A stretch of DNA of 64,000 nucleotides from Toensbergia leucococca. Taxonomy: Eukaryota. The position numbers and the translations under genes are program-made. Below are positions 50,047 through 62,411 of the stretch, in pieces. The first letter of the stretch is position 1. Each line of letters opens with the position of its first letter. The notes beneath the pieces were generated by a model. It worked only from the letters and a program-made list of their open reading frames with translations. It was not told the origin of the DNA and made no database searches. The stretch covers positions 62,001 to 126,000 of the forward strand of contig JALDZS010000001.1 of NCBI GenBank assembly GCA_022813965.1, in the 5' to 3' direction.

Positions 50047-51306
50047 GATTCTTGAGTTGCATCAATTTCAATGGTATAAGGACACAATGGAGAAACCGAA
50101 TTTGATCGCCTTGGAGAGCTGTTTGATAAAACGAGGGCAAAGAGTATCATAGTCAGGACAACCACCTACCCATCTCCTCGCCGTTGCTTTGCGTTTACAC
50201 TGCGTCATTTTGTAAAGTAGGCACAGGGATTAAGATCAATGCCTCATCGCCTTGCTGAATGTTTCAAGGCCATGCGCTGCTTATCTACCAATGGTTTGAT
50301 ATGTCTGCTGTCGCCTTGACCAAGTGTACAGGTGCAGCTGAACGGTGGTGTGGGTAGTGTGATATGGTTCTGCGGACATTCAATCATCTCGGCAGATGAT
50401 AAGTGGGGCTGGCTTTCAAGGATGCGATATTATTGACTCTCATTGGCGTGGAAAGGCTGTAAATGCTCCAGGGCGAAGGTGTTCTCATTGCAGGCTGTGC
50501 CACAATTTTGCAGTCAATCACTGCTGTAGGACAAATTTCGCCGCGAGTACCCTCCAACCCTTGAGAGATAAGAAGCTCCGCGGGGTCTACCCACGCATCT
50601 TTATGATGTATCTCTGTTTGGAGCTTGGGACTCATCAGAGCAGTAGATGCCTAACAGTAGGTAATTTAAGTAGTCTCTGCTGTGTGCCTACCTGGGTGGC
50701 AGATTTTTCACCTTAAGCGGGCTGCAGGTGGCATGCAACTTCTTAGGAAGAGGTGAGGAGGCTGCGTGGCTGGGTATAAATATTTAATCTTTTGATTCTT
50801 GACGGAGGCTACCTCTAATGGAACGAGAAGAAGAGGGCATTGAATAGTCAACGTCCTCTGGTACGACGACAATAGATGTGTTCGACCAATATGAAGTAGC
50901 TAACAACTGCCGAGAAACGGGAGAATAGGTGATCATCGCGAGTACCGCCTCTAGATATTGATGGGTGTCATTGGGCATAGATTTCGATGGATGGGAGATT
51001 TTCCCCCAAACCCCTCTTATCAAAATTTATCAATAGTACGTCCGTAGCCCGATAAGAACTACTACCCTGTCTCCTGTGCACCTGAAGGGCCAAGGGGTTT
51101 CGAGTCTTTTCTCCCGGTCGTTTCATGAATGATAGCGAGAGTTAATGTATCGACAAGGTTCAAAGCAGCAGCTCGAATGGTTTCCGTCTACGGGTACGGA
51201 GTACCTAAAAATAGAATAGTACCGAGCCAAATAGTCCATTACTCGTTGGGCAGACATCATGCCTCTTTGCACAAAGACACCGACACGGCAAGCATAGCTC
51301 CTCAGG

Positions 51307-52381
51307 ATGCTAGATCCCATATTCTTATCGCCGCCCATGGTAGCGAAGTTAGCAATGTCAATCGCTAATCCTCCGAACCTGAAATACTTCTGCTTCATGA
51401 ACACAAGATAATCGGCGCCTTCTGCTTCTACAATTTCCTGAACATCACTACATCACTATCTGACCAGCATTGTCCACGTTCCTCTTTCTGAGAATATCCT
51501 TCACTTTCGGCCAAAACGAAGGTCAATTAGGATATACACATAACGTCATTGACATAGTCGTCATTAACCAGCTCATTGGCCTTATGGGTGATGTGGGCCG
51601 ACAAGAAAAGAAAAAGTATGCGCTGAGAAGATAGAATATGGGAATATACAGGTGCAGGGACAACGGTGCAAGCTTTTGCAGCCGGCGACTTCCTGCGGGA
51701 TTGTGGGTCAGCTTGTGTCATGTAGAAGTATTGGGCTTGGGATTGTTGGCTCACGCAGTCTGCAGTGTGATCATTACCTTCCTTGGCTATGTAAGTACCC
51801 GTGTTCCCCCATGATCTATTGTACTTTGATAGGATCGAACGACCTGACTGGAAGTTCTGCAACGTCTATTTGCTGGATATTATAGCTTGGCCTTTGTTCC
51901 ATAAGAATTATCCACCCATTCCCTTGATATGCACTGATTCTTGGACGGACTTCACATGGACGGTTCTCGTGCACAGCTTTACAACAGTATTACAATTATT
52001 GCAGTTCTTGGTTTATGTCGGTTGTTTTGGGGAGGCTATCAGTCCGTGCGCATTTATAAAGATATCTGGAAGATAATACCGTGGCATTCCATTAGCGGTG
52101 GCAAAACTGGCAGCAAGCATTCGGTTATATATGATATAGGACTGCATCCGCATTTTGAGGATATGCGAGTATCTGGAGAAGGAAATCTACCGTTATGGCC
52201 TGTACGCATCTATCTCAGGAGTAACATGATACTAGCTGTCCTTAACTTCTATTAGTTCAGCAAGATGATCCAGACTGTGATGAAGCGTTTCGTTAACATG
52301 AGGTATGAATACATAAATCCAGCCGTTCGAAAAAGCCAAGGGAGTCCATTTAAAAAGGATATTGCTTCCAAGAGTAGCTGA
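51307..52381 (+). pseudogene. TLC-domain (TRAM/LAG1/CLN8; Tda4/TMEM56-like) gene, disabled
   Basis: MLDP...YPSLSAKTKVN*DIHITSLT*SS...ALWVMWAD...MR*EDRIWEYTGA...H*FLD...CRLFWG.YQS...LNFY*FSKMI; multiple stops and frameshifts. Confidence 0.8.
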
Positions 52382-52706
52382 GCTTGGGGGCAGAATCAGC
52401 ATGAAGCATGAGCAAGCCTAGGATGAAAGTGACTCAAGCTCACGCAACCTAAGCGGGGCCTTGCGGTGTGTGGATTTGGTATAAATCTGGCCATGATTTC
52501 AAGCATGGATTTAGCCGTGTTTTCGTAGGTGGATTTGCAGCTGCCACCCTGGAGATACAATCAATTCGACTTCAAAAGGCTCAATAACAACCAAAGTCAA
52601 TTCGCAAACATACACTCGCCGGCAAATACTCAAGCGCACATATCACCATCCACTTCTGTTTCCGTTGCATGACACAAGTCATCCAGCTCTGCCTGATACT
52701 CTTCGA

Positions 52707-53309
52707 TCACAAGGGAGCACTTAGCAGCCCCGTTATCTGATTCGAACAGTTGTCAGGCGCTGCAAACATGATGTGGCATTTCAGAATTCTTCCTCGAGTA
52801 AGATTCTTCTTGGTTGCTTCAGAGACCATGATCCAGATCTCCTGTAAAACCATTCGTCGGTCGACGTCCTTCGCATGGGCATCACATAGATGGACGATTG
52901 CTTCGGGCTGGAGGCGATGGGTTCCAGCCATAATCCCAAATTCGACAGCTATATGTCGTTCGATCAGGGATTGCAAAACCAGAAGAGATCTGGGCGCCAT
53001 CAAATAAGACAACCAGGTCATCGTTTCGAGCTTCATGGCGCCTTCTATCAAGTCTATCGAGTACTTGTTTTCAAAGAGATACAAACTAGTTGTCCGAGTT
53101 GGAAGATCAAGGCATTGAAGCCCAAACTTTGCCGGGTGTTTCTCGGCCAATTCTGTTAATTCATGTTCGCAGCGGACTTTTGCTAGCTCTAGGCTGGATT
53201 CATTGGTATGTGTGCCGAATATGGTGTTGATATCGTCGATGAATACGGAGATTGGCTAATGAAGATCTTTATGCAGCAGGGCAGGAATGAAATGGCAAAG
53301 AAGCGTCAT
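52707..53309 (-). pseudogene. Unidentified reading frame of about 200 codons interrupted by one TAG
   Basis: ATG 53309, in-frame TAG 53258-53256, then open to 52707; no family recognised. Confidence 0.3.
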
Positions 53310-53846
53310 GAAAATTTACAATATCGAAGCAGGCCGTATCAGCAGTCACAAAATTTTATCCTTAATGAACTGCAGTGAACATGGCTGCAGCACTACTTGC
53401 ATTTGAGCTGTAGACTCCCACATCACATTTGAAGTCGTACCAGTGCGGATTGGTCAAAGCATCGGAGCAATATGGGAGTTCGCTTTGGCACATCACTCAC
53501 AACATTGTTCCTTGTACTTGTACGACTCATGATCACGAGTAAGTTAATCGAATTGTACGTAGGTCTCGCTGTTTTCTCCATGTTCTACGATGAGTAATGC
53601 ACTCATTATTCCTTGACCTGCATCGATAACTCTTCACAACTCACCGAAAATTGGCCTGACCTTTCAAGTGAAACTTACCGTATCATCTACTTACCTGGTA
53701 CTGGTATGGGTGCACAGGATACATGAATCACTACTTGTGATATATACCTCTACATATTCTGTCATATTCTTCCATTTGGTTCCATTCACTTCCATTCAAT
53801 CCCACCGACCCGCAAAGCCAACCGCGACGCTGCATACAATACAAAC

Positions 53847-55505
53847 ATGGCAGAGGCTGACATTGATGGAGCCAGTAACACGCTTCGAGGAAAAACAGCC
53901 CCGGTCACCGTCGATTTGGAGAAACAAAGACAGTCAGATAAGTCAAAGTTGAACCTGCCCAGTGAGTGAGACCCATATCTTGTCTATGCCCCTCAAACAC
54001 GTTAAATAATTTCACAAGCAAATAGCTAACGCGAGCTACAAGGTTACTTGGGAAGGACTGAACGATGCTGCCAATCCCAAAAACTGGAATTATGCAAGGA
54101 AATGGACTGTTACCATCGTTGTCTCTAGCTACACCTTTATCTCACCCATCTCCACCTCCATTGTCGCCCCTGCCTTGCACACCATAGGTGCTGACCTGAA
54201 GATTTATTCTCAAGTCCAGCTCTCCCTTGCTATGTCCATCTTCATCCTAGCATATGCATTCGGCCCATTTCTCATCGGTCCGTTATCTGAGATTTACGGC
54301 AGAGCTTTAGTGCTCCAGTTGGCTAACCTGGTTTATTTGACTTTCAACGTTGCCTGTGGTTTTGCCCAGAACATCGGCCAGATGACCGCATTTCGTTTCT
54401 TGGCTGGTCTGGGTGGAAGGTGAGTCTTCGACATCCATAAAAACCCAGCAGAGTGTCAACTTGCTGATACCTGTGAAGCGCACCACTAGTAATTGGTGGT
54501 GGTGTCTTAGCCGACTGCTGGGTTGCTGAAGAGCGTGGTAGATCAATCGCGATCTACTCCTTAGCCCCTCTTCTTGGTCCAGTCATAGGCCCCATTGTTG
54601 GGGGATTCATCACGGAATACTCTACATGGCGATGGGTGTTCTGGGCAACGTCCATCGCCGATGGCCTCGTTCAAATTCTAGGTTTTCTCTTTTTACGAGA
54701 AACTTACCCTCCTAAAATCCTTGGCACCAAAGCTCAGAAACTACGCAAGAGCACCGGAAATCAAAGTTGGCATACCAAGTGGGAAACACCCGATCGCACT
54801 TATCTCAAGATACTTAAGACCGCACTTGTAAGGCCTTTCATTCTGCTAGGAACGCAACCCATCATTCAGGTTTTAGCTCTCTACATAGGCTTTCTGTACG
54901 GTGTCACATACCTAGTTTTGACAACCCTCCCTGTTCTTTGGACTGGCCGTTACCATGAATCAATCGGCATCGGTGGGCTTAACTACATCTCTCTCGGGGT
55001 CGGCTACATCATTGGCACTCAGTCCACCGCCCGACTCAATGACACAATCTACAAGCGTCTCAAACTTAGAAGCGACAAAGAAACTGGACGCCCGGAGTTT
55101 CGCCTTCCCCTTCTCATTCCGAGCGGTATTCTTGTTCCCGCAGGTCTCTTATGGTACGGATGGAGTGCACAGGCTCGCCTTCATTGGATAATGCCCAACA
55201 TCGGCATATTGCTTTATGGCATGGGTGTGAAAATAGGGATGCAGTGCCTGCAAACCTACCTTGTGGATTCGTACACTTTATACACTGCATCTGCTGCCGC
55301 AGCGAGTATGTTTGTACGTTCTTTGGCTGGATTCAGCTTTCCGCTTTTTGGTCCGTACATGTACGCTAGCTTAGACTACGGCTGGGGGAACACTCTGGTG
55401 GCATGCATTGCAATACTGATAGGATTACCTGGACCGTTACTGCTGTGGAAGTACGGGGCCTATTTGCGGACAAGGAGTCCATACGCGGCGGGTGATGGGC
55501 GCTGA
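53847..55505 (+). CDS. MFS drug:H+ antiporter (DHA1 family); in-frame TGA at codon 41, possibly a pseudogene
   Basis: VTWEGLNDAANPKNW, GPLSEIYGR, FRFLAGLGG, RETYPP, PEFRL, YLVDSY, LDYGWGN; TGA at 53967-53969 in frame with ATG 53847. Confidence 0.85.
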
Positions 55506-55773
55506 GTAATCTTTCTTTGCTGGAGGTCTACTAAACATACATTCGCTCATAGGATTAGCCTACAATGTGATTGAGCTTAGAAATACAGCCATGAGAGGAA
55601 AGCTGTGCCACTCTTTGTAACTCACCTTCCTACTTCACAGTTTCTTCACCGTACCCTGTCTCTGCTTCATTCTTTCACTTCATCTACTTGGCTACTTATG
55701 TACTTCTTCATCTGCCCCTCAAACTATTCCTCACTTGAACCACTCCCATCTTAATTTCTCTGCGCTTTTCACT

Positions 55774-57454
55774 GTGTCTGAGGGCGTACTTTTTATTACT
55801 GACTCGCGAACGTCTGAAAAGTATGAGATACCTATTCAGCGCAACACAATCAGGACCGACGCTTTCAAAGTCATCAAATGCCCTAGTGATGGCACAAATC
55901 TGGCGGACCAGGTAGCCAACGGCCTCCGCCTTTACGATCCTGGATTGAAGAACACAGCGGTCTCGGAATCAAAGATATCATTCAGGTATGTATCATCTGA
56001 ATACTGTTCCTGCCTATTCACTGACCTCACGTAAATAGTGATGATTCTAAAGGACTATGGCAATACCGCGGTCACAATCTCGCGGACTTTTGGAAGACAG
56101 CCGAGTTTGAGGATCTTTTGCATCTATTGGTGTGGGCTCACTGGCCCTCCGCAGATGAAAAAGAGGCTTTGAGGATCCAATTAGTTGAAGCCGCGCAGGA
56201 TATCCCAGAAAGCGTGGTCCAAGTCATCCAAGCATTCCCGTGCGTAAAAATTGCAAATCCGTTACTCCTAGCTTATAATCGCGAATGACTAATTCTATCT
56301 TCAACGACCATATTTATAGAAAGTCCGCTGCCGGAATGCAAATGGTCATTGCAGGTCTTGCAGCATATTTGGGTGAATCTCCTTTACTCATTCCAGCACG
56401 TGCGGGCCGCAATCTATACCATGGGAACTTGCCCTTAGTAGATAAAGCAATCGTACAGACGGTCGCAGCATTTCAAGTCTGCGCTGGACTAGCAGCCTGC
56501 CATCAAGCGAGCATTCCGTCGGTATCTGTAGACGTTCAAGGCTCTTTCGTCTCCAATACGCTCTTGATGATGGGCAAGGTCGATTCGAGCACCGGAAAAC
56601 CTGACCCTACGATGGTTTACCATCTCCAACGGATATGGGTTCTCACTGCCGATATGGGTCACGCGCTCTCAACCTCAGCCTTCCTTCTCGGCGCCTCTAG
56701 TCTTTCCGATCCTCTCTCCTGCCTCATCTCCGCTCTCTCATCGGGCTATGGGATTCTCCATTTCGGCGCTGCCGAAGCCTCTCTTAGGAGTTTAATAGCA
56801 ATTGGCCAGAAAGAAAATGTGCCGGCCTTGATTTCTGCAGTCAAGGAGGGCGAAACCAAGCTCTTTGGCTACGGGCACCGAGTTTTTAAAACCGCCGATC
56901 CTCGCATTGAATTTGGGAGGCAACTTGTCGATGATATCGAGTCCATGAGTACGAACCCATTGCTTGAGGTGGCTCTGGAGATTGATCGCACAGCGAGTGA
57001 AGATGAGTATTTCACGACACGAAATCTGACAGCTAATTCGGATCTTTACCTCGGGCTTATATTCGCTGCTCTGTAAGTTTGGCACCTACTTTTCTCGTCA
57101 ACGGACAACGGCCTAAGAGGGGCCAATTGTCAAACACATGAATAAACATCTGTCGAAGATGACTCAAGCTAAGAAATTACTGTTAGCGACTTCGACCCAA
57201 CGTGCACGCCTGTAATGATGGGCCTTATGAGATCAGCAGGCATGATGGCACACTGGCGCGAGGCCATGAGTAAGTAGTACCCGCCCTTCTGCACCTAGAC
57301 GAGCTCTTTACTGAAAGTTGCTGCTCATCTAGGCCGACCGATTAATATATGGCGTCCACCTCAGTTCTACACTGGAGATGTCGGTATCGCACCAGTTGAA
57401 ACCACCAGCGATATGCACGAGGCACTGCCAAATGGACTTGAAATACATTTGTAG
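55774..57454 (+). CDS. Secondary-metabolism-type citrate synthase-like enzyme (alkylcitrate synthase family); begins at GTG, no in-frame ATG
   Basis: (V)SEGVLFITDSRTSEKYEIPI...GLRLYDPGLKNTAV, YRG, YGILHFGA, FGYGHRVFKTADPR, ANSDLY, MAHWREAM, IWRPPQFYTG; 5 exons; no mitochondrial presequence. Confidence 0.82.
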
Positions 57455-58040
57455 GGCAAGGGTCGCAGAATTCTTGCCATGACTATGAGGAGGAGGGCAC
57501 TAGATATTTTTTTCATTGAATGTCGTGGGCAGTTTTTACCAAACATCACTCAGGGCAATAGATATCAACATAGATTACTATCTTTAGACTAGACTTGGAA
57601 TAATGAAATTACTTTGATGGCATAGATTTCTCGATCCCTCAACCCCTTCCCCTTTTTAGGATGTGAGGCTGAAGTAGCGGGCCGGGCGCTTTTTACCCCG
57701 GTCGGATAATCAGCGGGCCGGCAGCTGCCCAACGTCTAATCTAAGCTGGTGGTGACTTTTTTTGAACGTTTGGCATTCCACATTCACTGTCGTTTATCTC
57801 GTTGTCATTTCTCTTTCATGTGTTAGGCAAGCTACGAACATCTCTGCTGTTCTTTTTTTGGGTGTGATGAGTGGTTCCTCGGGCTTCAATACAGCCGGCG
57901 AACCATGAGACTTCTTTCATTTTAACCTTTTTTGGATCTCCATCAGGTGTACCCGCAACTCCAAGCATACCGTATCCAGTCTTCCAGTACAGAATTCAGG
58001 AGTGTGCGTCACTTCCTCAGCTCAGCCGTCATTGTCCAAC

Positions 58041-59539
58041 ATGGATCTAGCCAAAACACTTATCCGTAGCGTTGCTCGAGCGTTCTATGAAACCAAGCAT
58101 GTTCTTGTCATTGATGCTCTAATGATCCACTCAGCGTTTGTAAGACCTGATCACACATCATTGGGCTAGACTGATTGGAGAAACAGTCTCCCTAGCGAAG
58201 ATCTAGCGTTGCTCCTGGGCATGCAACAGAAAGATCTACGCAAACTTTGTGGTAAACTCAAAGAAGATAGATTACTGGCAGTGTAAGTATTTATTTCCTT
58301 ATGCTGAAACTGGACCGAATGGCATTCATTGATGATGCATCATTCAGTCACTCACGGCAGGAATTCCGTGATGGCCAGCAGAGGCCTATCAACAAGGAAT
58401 ATTATTACATCGACTTCCACGCCACCATTGACGCCATCAAGTACCGCATCTTCCGTCTTACCCGACATGTTGAAGACTTGTACAAACCAAGCGAAGAGAA
58501 GAAAGAATATTACTGTCCTAGATGTAGATCACGATGGACCCAGCTTGAAGTACTCTCTAACATAGGCTATGATGGGAATTTCATGTGTCAGACTTGCGAT
58601 AATGTCCTCAAAAGAGACAATCAGAGCACCGGAGATTCCGCCGGCCATGAAAAGCAAAGCAGGCTCATGAGCCAGCTAAATAGCTTTCTAAAGCTGATGC
58701 AAGAGATCGATTCAAAGGACATCCCGAACAATGACTTTGAGACTGCCTTTTCAATTGCTGTACCTGTACTGCGGAATGAAAACATCAATCCAGTAAAGGC
58801 TTCGCAGTCCGCCGAGACGGGCATGAACCCTCCGTCCGCTGTTAAAGGCCTTACTCAAATTGCCGCTGCTCCGCTTGAGATATCCTTGACAACAAGCTCA
58901 GAAAAGACCGCTGCAGAACAAGCTGCAGAGACTCAGCGTAAAGCCGAGATCGCGGCCCAAAACAAGATTCCGATTTGGCATACAAACTCCACCGTGACAG
59001 GGGAGACCACAAATCTTGGTAACAAAGAGCGCGAACGTCTGGCTTCAGGCGGCACAGTTGGCTTGCCCAAGGACGAAGAGGAGGAGAAAAAGAGCGGCAA
59101 TGTTCTGAATGACGAACTGGCCGCTTACTATGCTCAAATGCAGCAGGAAAAGGAAAAAGAGGCCAAAGAAGATAGAGAGGATGATGCCTCGAGCATAGGC
59201 GATGACGAGGACGAGTTCGAGGACGTTGGCTTCGCAACTTCCGGAGCAGCGACCCCGTTGAGCGCAAATTCCACGGCGCTCAACGAGAGCAAAAGCGGGC
59301 TAGCCAACGGCGGCCGCAAGGCTCAAGGGAGCGAGTCCGGCAGCAGTGTACCTGCGACTGAGACCTCGACGCCTGCAGATTCTTTCGGTCTTCCTGCTGA
59401 AGATATCGAGCAGCCCATGGCAAAGAAAGTGAAGCTTCAAGGCCTGAGAAATGGTACTGATGATGTCGAGTCAAGTACCACCAACCCACCCGAAAAGGAC
59501 TCGGATGAAGACGAGGAAGCCGACTTCGAGGATGTTTGA
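58041..59539 (+). CDS. TFA1: General transcription factor TFIIE large (alpha) subunit (3 exons)
   Basis: MDLAKTLIRSVARAFY, YYYIDF...IDAIKYR, Zn ribbon CPRC...CQTC, acidic FEDV tail. Confidence 0.93.
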
Positions 59540-60319
59540 AGCATGGCCTGTAGGATCATGCTTGGTTACGCAAGCTCATCCTGATTCGCTCCCTTAAGAA
59601 AGACAATTTCAAAATCGAGAACGCCATTCTGCACAGAAATACAAGGGACGAGTAACCCTTCAAAGGTTAAATCATAGATGCGTTTTACTCAGATATCAAG
59701 CCCTTTGTCGACTACCGGGAAACTCCCAAGTGCTTCCTACTTACTAGGGTGGTAAGAAATTTGTTATGCGCAAATTTGTTCCTCGATTGGCAGGCTGGCT
59801 TTACACTAGGACTCACGCCCCCTACCGAGCCTAATGCTAAAAGTATATCATACACCATGGCAGCCAAACATGTTTCGTACGTTGTGTCCTGGTGCATGGG
59901 TTTACGGAGTGTCTTGACTTGTTGAGGAACGGTCATTACCTAGGTAGAACGAGTGAGAATACCGAAGAAGCCCAGCCGAACGGATTTGGTACGTTGGAGC
60001 ACTTGATACCTCGTATGAAAAATTAGCTGCTCTCATGTCTGTTTTGAGTATCCTGCTAAGCCCTCGGCATCGTTTCAATCCTCGTCAAGCGGTACCTTTT
60101 TCTCAAACAATATCAAGTTTCAGAAGTTTCACAAGCAGTAAAAGTGTGGTATCTCTGTAGTGTCTCTGTTTTACGGTAAAAGTACGGACAATTAAGAATA
60201 CAGCCGAGACCTAGTCATACAGTACTGCTCTGCCTCGAGGGTATCAGAGCCTCTAAAAACACACCAAAGCTCTAATCTACTTTTCTAAAGGTGTATAGAG
60301 CAAATAACACAAACGCTTT

Positions 60320-61671
60320 TCATCGCTTTTTGGGAAGTGCAAAGGGATTTTTCTTAGGCTCATCAACGGCCTTTTCTTTCTCGGCTTTTTCTGTTCTAGC
60401 CTTTTCTTTTTCAGGAGAATTGTTCACAGCAGTAAATTGAATTCTGGAGAGGAATGGATAATCGTCGCCTTTTGACGTCGGCAACGAACTCTTCGTGCGC
60501 TCAATAGCTACTGCTTCTTCTTCCTTGTCTTCCTTTTTTTCTTCTTTCTTTTCTTCTTTCTTGTCTTCTTTCTTATTGTCTTTCTTTTCTTCTTTCTTGT
60601 CGTCTTTCTTTTCCTCTTTCTTACTCTCTTTCTTAGAAGGATTCTTCCAGACTTGATCGGGAAAATACTTGTTGATCGCCGTGATGATGTTATTGAAAGC
60701 AAGTCGATAGCCGTCCGCCGAGAGATGGAGGCCTAGGATCTCTACCGTCAGCCGGCACTGACGGGGGCTTGATACTCCCTGGACAGCATTCACCATCACT
60801 TAACAGCCTGCTCAGTACATAATTTGGAGGCGCTTTCTTAGTTCCAGGCATAGGGCTTTTCCCGTTCCATCCGGCCTTGAGCATGCAGAGTGACCAGAAA
60901 TCTAGCGTCGCTATTTTTAAGTCGGATCCGATCTGGACGCAAACACGCGCATACTCTGCGGTGTGCGCCGCCAGCCGAAGGACCTCAGTGGGTTCCTTTT
61001 CCAGCTGATGCTCGTCCACGGGCGGAGGGCTGATTAAGAAAAGACGAGGTTTGTGGGCCTTGATCGTTGGATGCGTTAGGATGGCCTTGAGGTTTTCTTT
61101 GTACTCCGGGATGGGGACGTGCTGGCCGGTGGAGGTACCAGGTAAGCAAGCATCATTGGCGCCAAAGAAAACGACCTGGATGAGTCAATGAAGCTCGAGT
61201 CTTCAATTTGGAGAATCGCCTTCGTACCATGAAGTGAATTTTTGCCTGGTTTGGGGTGGGCATGAATTCTGGCAAGGCTTTGAGGGCTTGCCTGGTGTTG
61301 TAGCCGCTCGGGAATGTTAGCTTGTGGTGAAGGTCGCTTCTTCTGGGGGAAGTTCTGGTACCCGAAGCCTCTGTTTATGACATCGAGACGTCTGATGCAT
61401 GCTGAGAATGCACCTATCAGAAGATTATGCCAGGTGGGAACGGGGGAGAATGAAGAGGAGAAGATCGAGTATGAGGCAGGAGAAGCTACAGAGGAAGAAG
61501 AATGTTTGGTATCTCACCGTTCTGCAGAGCTGAAGTAAGAGCAAAGCCCAGTTCTGGGTTGCATGATTGCTGGATTATGGAGTCTCCGAACAGAATGAAT
61601 TGAGGGTACGGAGGCTGTGGTAATCACGTTAGTGTGGTGGGTAGGCATAGGCTCGAGTAGGGTGTTACCAT
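60320..61671 (-). CDS. IAH1: SGNH/GDSL esterase, isoamyl-acetate-hydrolysing esterase Iah1-like, with charged C-terminal tail
   Basis: FILFGDSI (block I), DVINRGFGGYNT (II), VFFGANDA (III), SD|GLH (V) across introns. Confidence 0.82.
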
Positions 61672-62411
61672 GTCCGTTATCTCTAGGGATGTCGGTAAGG
61701 CCTTGGAGGGTAGACTCGGTGTGAGGCCTCGGGGTTACTTCTGTGTTTATTCGTGTGTATAATACTATCTCTAATAGCAAAGGAGTACAATAGTATGAAA
61801 GGTGTGTGCAGTAATGCACCTTAGCCTCAGTAGCTCTACCCACCAAGTATCCCCTCCGTACTTACCCAATCGGAGTTTGATGCAGATCGTGGTTGACATG
61901 TCGTGCAACCCTACCTGGAAGTTGCACGGTGAAGGCTCACAGAAAGAGTATCATCATTCGTCCGATACTAATTGTGCACTCATTCTTTTGTTATCATTAT
62001 TCCATTCTTTCATGCATCCCATCATCTTAGCCAGGTTGTCTCGACAACTCAATCCAATAGGTACCTCGTACCCCACATTCTTGGAAGGATAAGGATACTC
62101 GTATTCTAACGCGGATCCCGTCATCTGATCTGACACACTTCGCCTTTGGCACAGCATCTCTGCCCTTTGTTGGATACAATGTGGTACTCCGTGATAAAGA
62201 ACAGATCTTCGCGCCACAATCCCTGAACCTGTTGACAAGCAAGTGGCTGACCTTTTCCTGGCTTCCTGCCGCCTGAAGCGCCGTGTCATCTTCTCGCAAT
62301 GTCTCGAATGTCCAAGTGAACACCAGGCTCACTTGCCTGATTATTTGAACCCGTGATGCCTGCATTGGTACTAATCTTTCATCTAGTCTATACTACTCTA
62401 TAGCATGCGAC

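Noticed and set aside
46000..57600. Starship-like giant transposon
   Set aside because: No tyrosine-recombinase (DUF3435) captain or other hallmark gene, and no boundary repeats seen
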